A stretch of 63,927 nt of DNA, counting the filler, from Craspedostauros australis (Eukaryota): NCBI GenBank assembly GCA_030167865.1. It is 9 parts of 9 records of this genome, joined end to end, with 100 filler letters (N's around TTAATTAATTAA, not from the genome) between each part and the next. Parts side by side here need not be neighbours in the genome. Positions count along the whole stretch, not along the records: positions 1 to 16,197 come from JALAGF010004536.1; positions 16,298 to 22,680 come from JALAGF010004537.1; positions 22,781 to 27,797 come from JALAGF010004538.1; 6 more parts are not named here. One strand, given 5' to 3'. A program made the position numbers and the translations under genes. The notes beneath the pieces are model-generated. The model was not told where the DNA came from. It made no database searches and saw only the letters and a list, made by a program, of their open reading frames with translations. Positions 12,373 to 25,700 of this stretch are shown here, piece by piece; position 1 is the first letter of the stretch; each line of letters starts with the position of its first letter.

Positions 12373-12707
12373 GTTGGAGATCGCAATTCATCACTGCTCG
12401 CCATTCATCATCAGCGTCATCATCGTTGGTGTCATCACAGTCTCTCGCCATGGTCGCCTTCGTTGATTCTGGTTGGCGTGCCATATTTTGCGCAGCTGCT
12501 TCCTGCTTGATTACTTCATTGCTTCGTTGCTTCGTTGCTTTGTTGGTTGTTGGAGAATGTGTCAGTGTTGGCTGATGCCTCCATCAATGCAAACATAGTC
12601 ATGCCATTTCATCTCTCTCTCTCTCTCTCTTGTTGATGTTGATGTTGTTTGATGAATCATGTGCAAAATCGAAGATTCGTTGTTTCGGGTGGTATCAAGA
12701 ATTGTTG

Positions 12708-15700
12708 GCGCGTTTGGTGGGGCACTCGTCTGTCTGCCATCCGTATTTCAATCAACCAATGACACGCACACGCACTCACAACCAACATCACGAATGCGTT
12801 GTCTTCGTGCAATGCAACTCTGTTCGACGATGACGATGGCGATGGCAACCACTCCAATGACGCCGCATCCCTTCACAATTGGTACCACCACCAACAACAC
12901 AAGCACAAACAAACAGACAAGATGATGAGACATCGACATCCAAGAGGATCTGTGGGAAGGCTCGCCAGTTGCTCCATGCCTTGACCCACCCGTCGTACGA
13001 CTATGAGTATTGCTATGGAACCTTCCATGAGTACGATCTACTCTGGGAGTTGCCACAGCAAAGCGTCCAGCCTGATACTCTGTTCGAGCCTTCATGAGGT
13101 CATGAGGTCATGACGATTGAAGTTTCTGGAAGAGGACGGTTTCAGACTGATAGCAGAGAAGCAAACGGAGACCAAGCAACCGCAACAGACTGACACGAAA
13201 TCGAAGGCGAGCAAGCCCACAAGCGTCGCCAGAGAGGCCAAAGCAGCTGCAAATCAGGTCGTCGTGCGAGTGTCAGCACAGATACACCAAGCAGTGCCAA
13301 TAGAAGGACAGCCAAAGATGCGAAAGCTTCAGCTGTGAAACTATCATGTGCGAAGAGTCTGGACATGCTCAACATGCAAGATCACGACATGTCATTCAGC
13401 TCCCTTGATCCCAGCAAGTTCATCAACAACAAATCCATACAGACGCCAAACACCCCAGGTGGACTCAGCTTCGCCACAACCCCAGCACTCGGCGCGACCC
13501 GCGAACGGAGCAGTCAAGACAAGACGAAGCTTGCCCAGAGTCGGAGATACAGGCCAAGGCCACAAACGAATTCCAACAGAACGACCAGCAGCGCCGAATC
13601 GAGGAGCAAGAGTTTGGAATTCTCGAAGGACGGACGCAACATGCCAGTCACACCAGACACATCAGACATACTAGGCGCGATGAGTACAGCCAGCACCCCC
13701 GCTCTATCTCGAGTTGCGACAACGAAAAAGTCTCGCAGCAAGAGCCCGGAGTCACGCTCCAATCTGCCAAGTCTCCAAGACGACGACGATGGCAGCGTCG
13801 ACGTTGCGACAAGTGCTGCTGCAACGAACGGTGGGAGAAGCTCTGTGGCCCCTGTCACGCCTGGAGGTCGGAGCGCGGCATCTACACCAGCCCCGTTCAG
13901 CCACATACATGAATAGAGACAACAGTCTTTGTCGCCGAACAAGTGCAGGTCAACGTTGGCAAGCATCCTCAAGGCCAAACGATCATCATTACGTGAAGTG
14001 TCGTCAACCAATCCTGCCAAATCGAAGCAACGACCATCTCTCGAATGTCGACCATCGCAATTGGCCGATCTTGCCTTGACTGAAGTATCCGCAAAGGCGC
14101 CATCGCCGTCGCCACCGTCATCATCATCACAGTCCAAATCCAAACTCAATCTTCAACAGTTCGAACGCGAACACGAACACAGAGGTGTCTCGGCCACACA
14201 CCTCAAGCCCCATCCAGTCCTGGAGCCTTGAGTTTGGGAATCGAATTGCAATCGAGCAAGAAGGAACGAGGGGCTCCTTCTCACAACAGATCTGCATGCA
14301 GTTCGTTGCGCCCAAGTGAAGACTCAAAGCAACGACGTTCACGCGGACGAAGCACGGGTGCTCTGGGCGATGAGAAGCGATCAAGGAAAGGAAAGGATCT
14401 CCAAGGTGCTTGGCAATGGGCCCGACATCACCACTCCAGCAAAACATGAGGTGTGTCATCACCATTGATATTACCATCGAGATCACCGTCGCCACGGCAT
14501 CGGCGGAGAAGCGCACAGCACACCAGTGGCAAGCTGCATTCAACATCGTCAAGATCAAAGAGTGTGGAGCATTCGACATCATTGTGTCATCGTCGTGACG
14601 GAGCAATTCACACTTGCTCCTCTGGAAGAAGCCGCTGCTCGTCATCGGCGCAGAGTCGTCGAAGCCTGTCCGATCGCGATCACACAAGACTACGCAACTA
14701 TCGATGGACTCATCGCCATCATCACGGCGACAACGAACATCTGGCAGTTCGGATGATATGAACGCAGCCTCACGTTCACGCCAATCCAACTCAAATGCGC
14801 ACTCCACCGGTACTGGTTTGCACCAACGCAAGGGCTCACCTTCACGAACGCATGCCCGAAGAAGTTCGCGAAGACCAAATCAACGTGGCCATAGCCAATC
14901 GACACCATGTGGCGAAGATCAGCGAAGGAAGTCCTCTGATGAACGATCACCATCGGCGCGACCACGAAGCAGATCAAGAGGATATCGAAATTGCAGTGTC
15001 GAACAGCACAGCGATGAGAGAGATGAAGATGGACGGCATTGCAAACAACAACATGGCCAACAACAGCATGGCAACAGACGTTCGTCATCACGCGGGGCCC
15101 TTCAATCAAATTGTTGGGACAAAGCAGATCATCGACTCGCGATGCTGTCTACCATGAGAAGTTGTCCGGCACAAAGCCACTGCAACTCACACCAAAGAAA
15201 GCGGTCAGGAACAAGAGCGCGTCTCAGTGCCGCCATCCCTTGATGAATGGTACCAAAACTCCCACCCTGTGATGCATCACGACACGATGGGATGGAATGA
15301 GATGGATGGGCCGCTCCGTACTCGTATCATACTCATAGAGGTATGGTAGCTCCACATCCCTGTATGTAATACACCTACGAATAGACTGTAATGCTCTACG
15401 TATGTTTGGAACAGTACCGCATGTACTATATCTGCTTGTGCAATAGAACGCTGTGATGAAGGCACCGGATGTTTCAAGAGATTGAAGGGCTGGATACTGC
15501 TCCCATGCTGCCTCCGCCTTGTCTACGACTAGTCTGGTCCGCTCTCTGCGGTACATACCCACACAGGGATGTTGCCGATGTCATTCACGAGCAGATTGGA
15601 CGTCCGTGGTTCCATCCGCACTCTGCCATCAGCATCGTTGTTGGTTCGTTGCTCAGACAAAGGACGCATGGCAGCAGCAGTATCACAAGCCGTGCGGTCG

Positions 15701-15889
15701 TCACCATGCCACCGGATTCGCACACAGAGCAATCTCCACTCCAAGTTACACTACCAAGCAGATTGGAAGCAACAGTGCCAATGCCAGCCGATCCAAGTTG
15801 CTGGAAGAGGCGATCTACGAAGAGCACATGGCGAACAAGGCAGAGAGAAATGGTGAGAAGCCGCGAGGAGCATGGTTGTTGCACGGTTC
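12708..15889 (+). repeat. 3.2-kb duplicated segment (copy 1) with a broken Ser/Thr/Arg-rich ORF
   Basis: Colinear with the reverse complement of 42217-45398; paralogous ORFs such as 13335..13916 vs 44183..44971 and 14614..15243 vs 42910..43638. Confidence 0.9.
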
Positions 15890-16196
15890 TGCTGATTCCA
15901 GTCCCGCCCGTGACTCGCCTGACCATCGCCAGAACGCTATGCACCTCGCGCCCACTTTTCTGCTAGAGACAGGCAAGCTACGATCAGGAATCCTTTCCGC
16001 AACTCCAGCGCTAATCAATACAATCTCTCATAAATATTAGCGAACAACATTGATTCACTCACTCAGTCCTATTGACAGTTGTTCGCTAATAGCAAGTTCA
16101 CCCAAACATCGGGCACCAAGACCAACACCACCACGATCATCACCATGGCCAACAGCCACGAAAAAATCCTCGCCACATTTCCGCAGGCCGTCGTCA

Positions 16197-16297
16197 ANNN
16201 NNNNNNNNNNNNNNNNNNNNNNNNNNNNNNNNNNNNNNNNNTTAATTAATTAANNNNNNNNNNNNNNNNNNNNNNNNNNNNNNNNNNNNNNNNNNNN
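16197..16297. other. Artificial contig linker N-TTAATTAATTAA-N (also near 22725, 27842, 33105, 40649, 45443, 51963, 57805)
   Basis: The same palindromic six-frame-stop 12-mer embedded in N runs. Confidence 0.97.
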
Positions 16298-16684
16298 CCG
16301 GAGCCAGTGTGGTGCGCAGATTGTGAAAATGCCAGGGATGATAATGATGATCATGGGTGCTGAAGGTAGGGCAGCATGGTGCCATCGAGAATTTTTTGCA
16401 CCCACCACCTGACAGACAGCAAGCCAAAACGACATTAAAAATAAAGTTCATACAAATTTAACTNNNNNNNNNNNNNNNNNNNNNNNNNNNNNNNNNNNNN
16501 NNNNNNNNNNNNNNNNNNNNNNNNNNNNNNNNNNNNNNNNNNNNNNNNNNNNNNNNNNNNNNNNNNNNNNNNNNNNNNNNNNNNNNTTTAGTCTACTTTA
16601 TCACGACTCATCACGAGTAAAACTCAAAAAACACTCCACAACTAGTGTTATCGTGAGTGCATCAACTGCGACCTGGAGGTCGTA
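16298..16684 (-). mobile_element. Terminal region of a Tc1/mariner-like element (gapped copy)
   Basis: Near-identical to 30421-30806; both copies end ...TCG followed by TA, then the flanks diverge. Confidence 0.7.
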
Positions 16685-17085
16685 AGACGTAGAGCTATCA
16701 TGACCGAAGGCTACAGCACAGTCAGGAACAAGGATGTATTCGCAGCTCGCACTTGTAGAGAGCATTGAGGTACGAGTCAACAAGGGGCGGATGGAAGTGG
16801 GCTCGGTGGGACTCAAATGGGATGGACCAACCGAAACGAAGCCAAACACGATTCCAATTCAATCCAGTCGCATTTGTGCAAAATAATGGCTTCAATCACG
16901 AACGTGCTCGTATCTTTGGAAACGTCATGGAGCTCAAATCATCAGCCCACCAACACCCAAAGATCCAAACAAGCAGATCTGCAACTTTCGCCAAGCGGCA
17001 ACTTCGACACGACGACATCGCACTACGTGCATCTATCAGCAACTGACAGCAACTGAGAGTGATTGAGACAACGATAACGACGACG

Positions 17086-17814
17086 ATGACACTCTTCGCT
17101 GCGGTGCTGATCTCATCGGTGCTTCTGTGCCATCAAGTGACGGCATGGCATCAACCACCTCCATTCATCCATAGCGATCAGCAATTCAATATCCACAATC
17201 AGCTGATCAGTCAACATGCGTTGCAGCAACAGCTTTCTCTGCACACGACAGCGCTGAAGATGGCACCGATAACGACACAAACGGTGACATCAACAGCAAC
17301 GCCATCCATGCTGTTGTCTGTCGCACCCGATGATATCGAAACGATAATGAATATGAACGCTCTGCCATCGTCACCCTTGGTCATTGCCATCATTGCGATC
17401 CTGCTTGGAGCTGCCGCACAGACCTTCATCAACCAGATGCTCAAGGGCGATCAAGGGCTGGGCGCATTCCTCAAGGATGGATCGGGATACAACCGATCTG
17501 GCTTCGTTTCCAAACGGAAGAACGGTGGCAAAGAAGAAAGTGGCACTGATGATCCACTGCCGTGGCTGAAGTTGCCGCAGTTGGACTTTGTGGATGTGGC
17601 TGGGCAGGAGAAGCAGGTGATGGCATCGAAGAGCCTCCGTGGCATCGACGGTGGCAATGGTGATGAAGGTGATGTCGTAGGTGAACTGGAATCGCTACGC
17701 AGCGCTATGAATGAGGAGTTGGAGAACGGCAATGTGGCCGAGGCGACTGTGCTGCGCGAGAAGTTGGAGCGGAGGATGAAGGCGAATGGAATGGACTATC
17801 AATCAGACAGCTGA
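17086..17814 (+). CDS. Hypothetical protein with signal peptide (possibly plastid-targeted), one TM helix, C-terminal UVR-like helix pair
   Basis: Hydrophobic N-terminus ending VTA-W, TM segment LVIAIIAILLGAAA, GDQGLGAFLKDGSGY motif, C-terminal ELENGNVAEATVLREKLE. Confidence 0.7.
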   Translation: MTLFAAVLISSVLLCHQVTAWHQPPPFIHSDQQFNIHNQLISQHALQQQLSLHTTALKMAPITTQTVTSTATPSMLLSVAPDDIETIMNMNALPSSPLVIAIIAILLGAAAQTFINQMLKGDQGLGAFLKDGSGYNRSGFVSKRKNGGKEESGTDDPLPWLKLPQLDFVDVAGQEKQVMASKSLRGIDGGNGDEGDVVGELESLRSAMNEELENGNVAEATVLREKLERRMKANGMDYQSDS

Positions 17815-19212
17815 TGCAGACGACATGGCATTTCATGGTACCCTATGTCGTGGCGTGGCGTGGCGTGGCGACGCCTACCAGTCTCAAGGCAACCCTCCCA
17901 TACGTTTCTCACGTTGGAGTGGAGCATCCGGTTCCACCAAAGTTTGAGATGTGTCGAGAGAGGGATGATGAGAGTATGAATGAAAATATTTATTTTCATC
18001 ACGGCCGAACCTTCCGGCGCTGCGAAAGTGGGGAACTGTAAGTTGAAGACACTGTAATTCTTGTTGTCTGCACTGCGGAAATAACAGATAGCGCCGGTTG
18101 AGGTTACACTGGTATCTGCATTTGCGATTGGATACGAAGGCTGTGTGTTGTGCCGAGTTGCAATGGCAGCATCGGTTCAGCGGAGTTACGGGGATGTGGC
18201 AAGCCCCGAGACATGCGCGCAATGGCAGCGTTCATCCTTTTGGTTTTTTCTTGCTACCTGCTCCGTTTGCACAGATTATTGCCGCGGACGGACACGGAGA
18301 CGGAAGCGGAGTCTGAGACTTGGAGCATACTGTTGGATCGCCACCCAGTTTCGGCTGGTGCTAGTGAGAGCTCAGTGTGGGAGTGTATTCCATTGATGCG
18401 GCAATGACTTGGACCGTTCGCAGCGCTCTCCTGGCTTGGGGTTTCCAGGCGATCCTCGTTGCTCAGGCTCTCTCTCTCTCTGGAGCGCTCGCCGCGCCTG
18501 AATCGGATGATTGGTTGCATGAAAGCTCGAGATGTGTTGACGAGCAACATGAGATAGAGTTAATGAATGCAAAATGTGTCTGCACGGCACAGTGAGCCAC
18601 CTGCGGATATGCGAGGTAGTAACCTCGAGTTCGAAAGTCCATGCCGAGCCTGCAACAACCGCAAGTGCGTAGCGTACATATAGAAACATGTTGAGTTTCA
18701 TGGCGCGCCACCGAAGTCATAAAATGTGTCATGCTTTGTGGCAACCGTTGGTACGACCTACGATGCTCTCAACATGCTTTGTATTACTCTGCTGCTGTGC
18801 GGAGCTCGCGTCATGGCTACGGATGCAAAGGAACTCTCCCGTACCACGCCGACCACGAAATGTGCAACTCTTCGAGGGGACATGCTGCAGCGTTCACCTT
18901 TTGCAACATTTTTTGTGAGACTAACTTACCAGTGTGGTACGGCAAAAGCGTGTGGACTCTTTCTATCGAACTATCTATCTTTGATGCAGGCTATGGGAGT
19001 GGACTCAAACGACTTCAATTGTTTTGTTTTGCGTACCAACGCAGGAACACAAAAGAGACACAACTCAATTGAGGCACACAACACTTGTGACACCATGGGC
19101 TCTCCTTCTGCATCATCCCCACAAAGTGCTACTCTGAAGGGAGCAGCTGGAGCCACTCACTTCTGCATCGCCTCTATCAGCCATACACGTTGAACAAGGC
19201 TACGCGGCCAGC

Positions 19213-19833
19213 ATGATATCGGAAGTGATCAACGCGTTGTTTGCAACGTATCTGTACTCCGAGTACCTTCTCAAGAGCCAGAATGACTTCCCATCATCAT
19301 CGTCGTCGTCACGCCCATCACGTGTGTCCCGCTCATCGACAGCAGCCCCTCCGACACTCAGCGGTGGCGCACAGGCGATGGCAGTGCTGACAGAACTGAT
19401 CCCGCAGCGCTCCGTCCTGATCGGTGGCATCCTCGTGGCCATTGTCAACGTCCTGGATCGCGTCACCGGGTCCATCCACGTGGTCACAGAACTCGTGGAA
19501 TCGGCGTTGCATATTCCCAAGGCGATCATCGCGGCGCTCGCTTACATCGCAGCGCTGTACGTCGATGTGCAACGCAAATCATCATTGACGGTGCCATCGT
19601 TCCTGCGAAAGGTGGGGTGGGCATTCCTCCGCGTTCTGCCGGCGTATCCATTTCTGGCCGTGCTGATCAGCTTCGTCTTTCTGTTCGTCATCAATCTGTG
19701 GGAGGCGCTGCATTTGCCGATGGAGTGGCTCAATGCGCCAATCTACTACGGCACGCTGTACGGTCCGTTTGCGTGGGTGTACGTGACAGTCAAGACCCAG
19801 ATTCTTCAAGAGCAGACATCGCTGCCCGTTTGA
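19213..19833 (+). CDS. Hypothetical multi-pass membrane protein
   Basis: 206-aa ORF with coding-like GC3 and 3-4 hydrophobic segments. Confidence 0.7.
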   Translation: MISEVINALFATYLYSEYLLKSQNDFPSSSSSSRPSRVSRSSTAAPPTLSGGAQAMAVLTELIPQRSVLIGGILVAIVNVLDRVTGSIHVVTELVESALHIPKAIIAALAYIAALYVDVQRKSSLTVPSFLRKVGWAFLRVLPAYPFLAVLISFVFLFVINLWEALHLPMEWLNAPIYYGTLYGPFAWVYVTVKTQILQEQTSLPV

Positions 19834-20924
19834 ATCGGCAACATTGGTTGACACAGCTTGACTCAGCATTGAGCTTGAGCACGTGCATACTCTACGCGCG
19901 CATGCTACCACACTGACGAGCATGCAACGCAGCTGAATCTGATCCACAGAGCGCGAAACGGCGCTGTGAAAGCGAAAGCGAAAGCAACAGCAGAACTGAA
20001 AATGATGGATGTTCGGACGACGCCGTCTCGTCCGAAGAGAAACTTTCGTCGCAGTCGCCGACGCTGGATGGCGAAGGACGGAATACACACTTCCTCTCAT
20101 GATGCGGAATCCAGCATTCAAAGCCGCGATAGCCTCCGTACGATCTATTGGCGACCGTCATCCTCGATGCCGTGACGTCATGTATACGTACTGGTCCATG
20201 AAGCAGGCAACAGAAGGACGCCGATTGTCATCAACCGGGGTCGCCTGGATGGCTTATCTCGGTTCTTCTCAACCAGGGATACGGGATCGGACGTCGTAGA
20301 AACAAGTGAATGGAAGTGGTACCATGGGAGAAAGGGAGAGCGAGGGGCATGAATCCTGCACAGACAAGGCCGTACTCGTAGAGTACGACCTATTGAGTTC
20401 CAAACAAGTCGAAACTTTCATCCAATGAACGATTGAAGCAGTTGCAGCTCCTGCATGGCTCTCTATCAATCGAATACGGGCCAATCGGTACCACCGGAAC
20501 AAGACGCAAGCACCGGCGCTTGATTATCAGTCATCCGCGCCAACTCCGGACACGCCCGCGGCTTTCGAGCGGAGTCTTGGCTTGCACACTCCAGGGGGGC
20601 CGCAATCACTCGCAAGAATGGTGGGTTCAGCTTTCGTTTTAATCTCATTTTATTGTGTTGTATTCTATTGGGTTGTGTACGCGTATGGCTTCTTTCTTCT
20701 CGTGCCACGAAAAGCACAGCACAGCGCTGTGGCAGAGTGAGAGGAGGATACTCTGTCTGTCTGGCATGGCGACGCGTGGCGCTGAATGGGAGCTACCGCT
20801 GCACGAATAGCGGTGCCCTGCATCTCCTGGAATTGCGCCATCACTGGTGGTAGGGAACCCAAAATGGCCATGTCGCCGTTGTCCCCTGTGCCAAAAATCG
20901 GAGAAGAAGCAAAATTCAAAATTC

Positions 20925-21671
20925 TCACTGCTTGCCACCATCTCGCGTTTTGAATGCTGCGGCTTTACGCTTTCCGACCCATCTGGCGATGCGCCCAACA
21001 GGGCTCTTGCTACGTGCCTTGCTTGAGGCACCCGCTGCCGCCATCTTCGTCTTCTCTGCCTTCTTCTGTTTGGGCACAGCGCGTCGCTTTCTGCGGAAGA
21101 TGTCTTCCATCATGCTGTCGTTCAGCGCCCTGCAGGATGCGCCGATTCCATTGCTCGATCCCATCTGCTTGACATATTCAATCTGTGTGCGGCTGTAGCC
21201 CGCAAACTTGAGCCACGATTCGCGGATAGACGACGAGATGCGCAAGTCCTTGAAGACTGTGGCGTGGTTCGAACGATGCGTCGATTCATAGTCATCGACG
21301 GTAACTGAGTATGCCTCCGATCGTTTCCACCCGAGCTGGATGGGCGCGCCGATCACCGGCGTTGCTGGCTGGAGGCCCATGACGATGGGATGGACGTGGA
21401 CATGCACGGACCCGAATTGAACGGAACGTCGCGAACGGTTGCTATCGGTCTCTGATTTCAGCGATCCTTCTGGTGTTGCCAGCAGAGTCGCTTGTGCCGA
21501 TTGCATTGACTCCGTGTGCGCTTCGGAAACTGCATCGGTTTCATCGCAGCATTCACTGCGCTCGATCGTATTCTGGCAATCCATCGTGACAGCAGTCGAT
21601 TGCTGTTGTTGCTGCTGCTGCTGTTGATGTTGATGTTGCTCTGATTGTTGGTTGCTGTGAAGTTGTGTCAT
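20925..21671 (-). CDS. Diatom-type hypothetical protein (V.FG.V...H...G..P...G.PI.LGW family)
   Basis: VQFGSVHVHVHPIVMG..P...GAPIQLGW..VDDYE..R..RESWL..GYS, a motif I recognise from an expanded uncharacterised diatom family. Start placed at MTQLHS. Confidence 0.7.
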   Translation of the reverse strand: MTQLHSNQQSEQHQHQQQQQQQQQSTAVTMDCQNTIERSECCDETDAVSEAHTESMQSAQATLLATPEGSLKSETDSNRSRRSVQFGSVHVHVHPIVMGLQPATPVIGAPIQLGWKRSEAYSVTVDDYESTHRSNHATVFKDLRISSSIRESWLKFAGYSRTQIEYVKQMGSSNGIGASCRALNDSMMEDIFRRKRRAVPKQKKAEKTKMAAAGASSKARSKSPVGRIARWVGKRKAAAFKTRDGGKQ

Positions 21672-22781
21672 GGTGCTTCTACGGTTATGATTTGTTTCTG
21701 TTGACGTGTATGTAGAGTATTGTTTTATGGTATGGTGTTGGACTGCGCGATTACTCGTAAGGTATAGTGTGGTATCATGAAACAGTCGACTGCGGAATGT
21801 CGGTTGTTCCAAATTGTGGAAGAGAACGAGCTTTGATACATACATAGTATTCCTCCGTTGTGAAATGATTTCCACTTATCTTTTTTGCGACATGTGTTGA
21901 GACACCAACGACGTCATCAAAAGTGGGGGTTGCGGTAACCAAATTGCCTGTTTTTAGTGACTCTTCCTTCCTTCGAAACTCGCTCGCTCGCCACTGGTCT
22001 CTGACAGTGCCAGGTACCACGACAGCAGAATGCGATACCATTCTGTGTGTCGATCCGACAGGTTTTTATCCACGGTGCGTTCCGTCCCTCCCCTCTGTTC
22101 GTGGATGTCTTCCCGCAATTCTGTGTCGTGACGTCACATCAGGTGTTCGAAAGCGTTCATAATTGTTAATTTTCTTATGTTTTAGATGATGCAGCTGTCA
22201 GAAATGTGCCAAAATACAGATTCTGATAGCGCGAATTGGTCGAAGATGGCGTATTTTGTGTCTTTTTGGTTGACTTTGTTGTGTTCAGCTTTCGCAAACC
22301 AGCTTCTGTTGGCATACGTGCTTCCGGATGATGACAGATGCTGATGGAGGCACCTCGGCTGCCACAGACCTTGATCATCACATCTCCAATACTCTAAATC
22401 CACCATTAGTACCATCTCAAACACACCACACTCGCACAATAGTGACAAGTGATGGCTTTTTCACGTGTCACGTGAATCNNNNNNNNNNNNNNNNNNNNNN
22501 NNNNNNNNNNNNNNNNNNNNNNNNNTTGCATTCACAGTATCTTCCCTCAACGTCTTTGCCCATGCTCTCCATTCTTGCTTCCTTCTTCCTTCCATCATGG
22601 CTGTCAACAATGGTAGCGCCATGCTCTTGTTGATGCCTCCCTCATCTCTGCGTGGCTCAGTTGGACGTGGTTCCCCTCATNNNNNNNNNNNNNNNNNNNN
22701 NNNNNNNNNNNNNNNNNNNNNNNNTTAATTAATTAANNNNNNNNNNNNNNNNNNNNNNNNNNNNNNNNNNNNNNNNNNNNC

Positions 22782-25700
22782 GACATCCTCGAGGAGATCA
22801 CCACACTCAAACAACAACTCAGCGACGGACATGACATCGATCATGATGCGCTCTACGAAGCTCAGCTCATCCTGAAGCACCTCCGAGACGACGATCTCGA
22901 CGAAGACGAACTGTACGAAGTTGATCTGTTTCAACGACGGAGAGAAGGCGAGGATCTCGCCGATGAGGATCTGGAGGAGCTTGAGATGTTGAGGATGGAG
23001 CGTGAGGAGAGGCGTGCGGCTCAGAGAGCAACTGAGCAGCTGTTGGAGGCTACAGCAAAGCAAGCATTGGAAACAGATGAAGCTCGCGATCTGGTCGACG
23101 GGATCGATGATGCCTCGAGTGATGGTGAAGGATTCGATGGTAGCAGCCATGTAGATGGCGTTAGCATTGACGAAGGGACGGATAGTGGCGGCGTGGATGC
23201 GGATGCGGACATAGATATGGATATGGATTTGGATATGCGTGAGGGTGTGGATGATGGACGAAAGTGCGACCCAGATGACAGCAGTCATGGTGGATCAATC
23301 GAGGCACCTGTTGATGAAGTCAGTCAGGACGATGGGCACGACGATGGAGACCGCAACGATCTTGTCGCGAACGCTGAGGAAAGTGAGTCAGGTATGCCTG
23401 ACAATCAAGTGATACCGACGAGCATTGCGGATGCAGCAGACGAACCTCACCACGACATCGCCATCAACGACAAGCCCGATACAACGACCACGCAAGCTCA
23501 CAGTCATGACGAAACCAACGATGATGCAGATGACGCTGCAGATGACATTGCCCATGCCGAAACAGGCGCGGTTACTCCAGAATGGATCAACACACTCAAG
23601 GATCTCAGATCACAACAGCAACAAGGTCACAACATCAACCTCCCAGATCTATTCGAACTCGAACTACTCGAAGACGATCACAACGGCAACGACATGCACG
23701 AAGATGACCTCATCATCCTCGATATCATCCACAAGAAGCACAACGGAGACGATCTCACTGACGAAGACCTGGATGAACTCGATCACTTCACAAGATCTAA
23801 ATTCGATGTGCTCACACAGAATCAGCTCACGGACTTGCACAAGATGCAGGATGCAGGCGAGAGTATCGATGAAGATCGCTTGTACGAGCTGGAGCTGTTC
23901 GAGAAGCGCCGAGCAGGCGAGGAGTTGAACGAGGATGAGGAGTACGAGGTTGTGCTGTTCGAGCGTCGCCTGTTGGGCGAGGAGCTGCAAGACGATGAGC
24001 TGGATGAGCTTGACATGCTGAGAGAGGAGCGCCGCGGGCTTGCCTCTACCCGCGAGGAGACTGATGTTGATGAAGATGAGGATGAAGATGAAGATGAGGA
24101 ATCTGGTGAAGATAGCCAAGCGCAAGACGAAAGCCATGACCATCAATCCAGCCTTGATGAACACGTCAGCATTGGGCGAAGCAGCCATGAACAAGCAGAA
24201 AAACAAGAACTGCCGACCGACCAACGAAAGAATGAAGCTGCAGACCAACCAGATCAACCTGGCGACCACAGCAATGCATCAATCTCTGATGGCGCCGACC
24301 AAGCGGAAGTGGAAGCGCCTCCGCCACTTGCGCTGCCCGCTGAAAGTGCAACAAATACTCCAGAAGATTCACTAGCACAAGATGCACCACAACCAGATCA
24401 ACCAACAACTGGAAAGCCATGGTTCAGCCGCTTTGGCTGGCGGAAGAAAGGCAGCCACGCATCCCACGAAGGGCAAGGAGATCATGATCACTCCAACCCA
24501 GCCGAAGATGATGACAACACCGACCACGATGATGTATTGGACGACGACGAGCTACAGGCACGTGTAGAAGCCGAAGTCGTCACACTCAGATACCAACTCG
24601 ATGACGGATACGAAATCGACCACGCAGCGCTCTATGAAGCCGAACTCATCCAAAAACACTTTCGAGGTGACGATCTCGACGAAGATCAACTGATCGAAGT
24701 CGACCTCTTCAAGAGGCGCAGACGTGGTGAGGTGCTGTCAGAAAGCGAGATCGAAGATCTGGAGATGCTGCAGATGGAGCGTGAAGAGAAGCTTGCGGCT
24801 CAGCAGGAGATCGAGAGGCTGTTGCAGATGCAAAAGCAGGAGAGTGGCGATCCGGTCGGAAACGGTGATGGTGATGGAATTGGCGATAATGATACTGGCG
24901 GCGATACCGCCAGTGTTGATGCCAACGACGATGTCGCCGGTGCAGATGATTCGCCCACCAACGCAACCACAGATATAGAACCCATCAACACCGCAGACGA
25001 CGATACTAACGCTGACGCTGCTCCTCCAGCATGGATCAACACACTCAAGGATCTCAGATTGCAACAGGAACAAGGTCACAACATCAACCTCCCCGATCTT
25101 TTCGAACTCGAGCTACTCGAAGACGATCACAACGGCAACGACATGCACGAAGACGACCTCATCATCCTCGACATCATCCACAAGAAGCACAACGGAGACG
25201 ACCTCACTGACGAAGACCTGGATGAACTCGATCACTTCACAAGATCTAAATTCGATGTGCTCACACAGAATCAGCTCACGGACTTGCACAAGATGCAGGA
25301 TGCAGGCGAGAGTATCGATGAAGATCGCTTGTACGAGCTGGAGCTGTTCGAGAAGCGCCGGGCAGGAGAGGAGTTGAATGAGGATGAGGAGTACGAGGTT
25401 GTGCTGTTCGAGCGTCGCCTGTTGGGCGAGGAGCTACAAGACGATGAGCTGGATGAGCTCGATATGCTGCGGTTGAATCGTCACCGTTCGGAGGCATCAA
25501 GTCGTGGTGCTTTCGATGACACCAATGGGCATGATGACAACAGCCAAGGATTTGATCACGAAGGCAGCAGTGATGACGGGGGTGGTCAAAGAAATGGTGA
25601 AGACGATGCATCACAACAAGCCAAGCAACGCGCAATCAGCCTTGATCACGCAGACTTTCCTGATGAGAGCACGCAATACGAGCGCCATCTTTTCGAGCGG

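Noticed and set aside
16242..16253. Recurrent TTAATTAATTAA palindrome
   Set aside because: Always embedded in N runs; an assembly linker, not biology.
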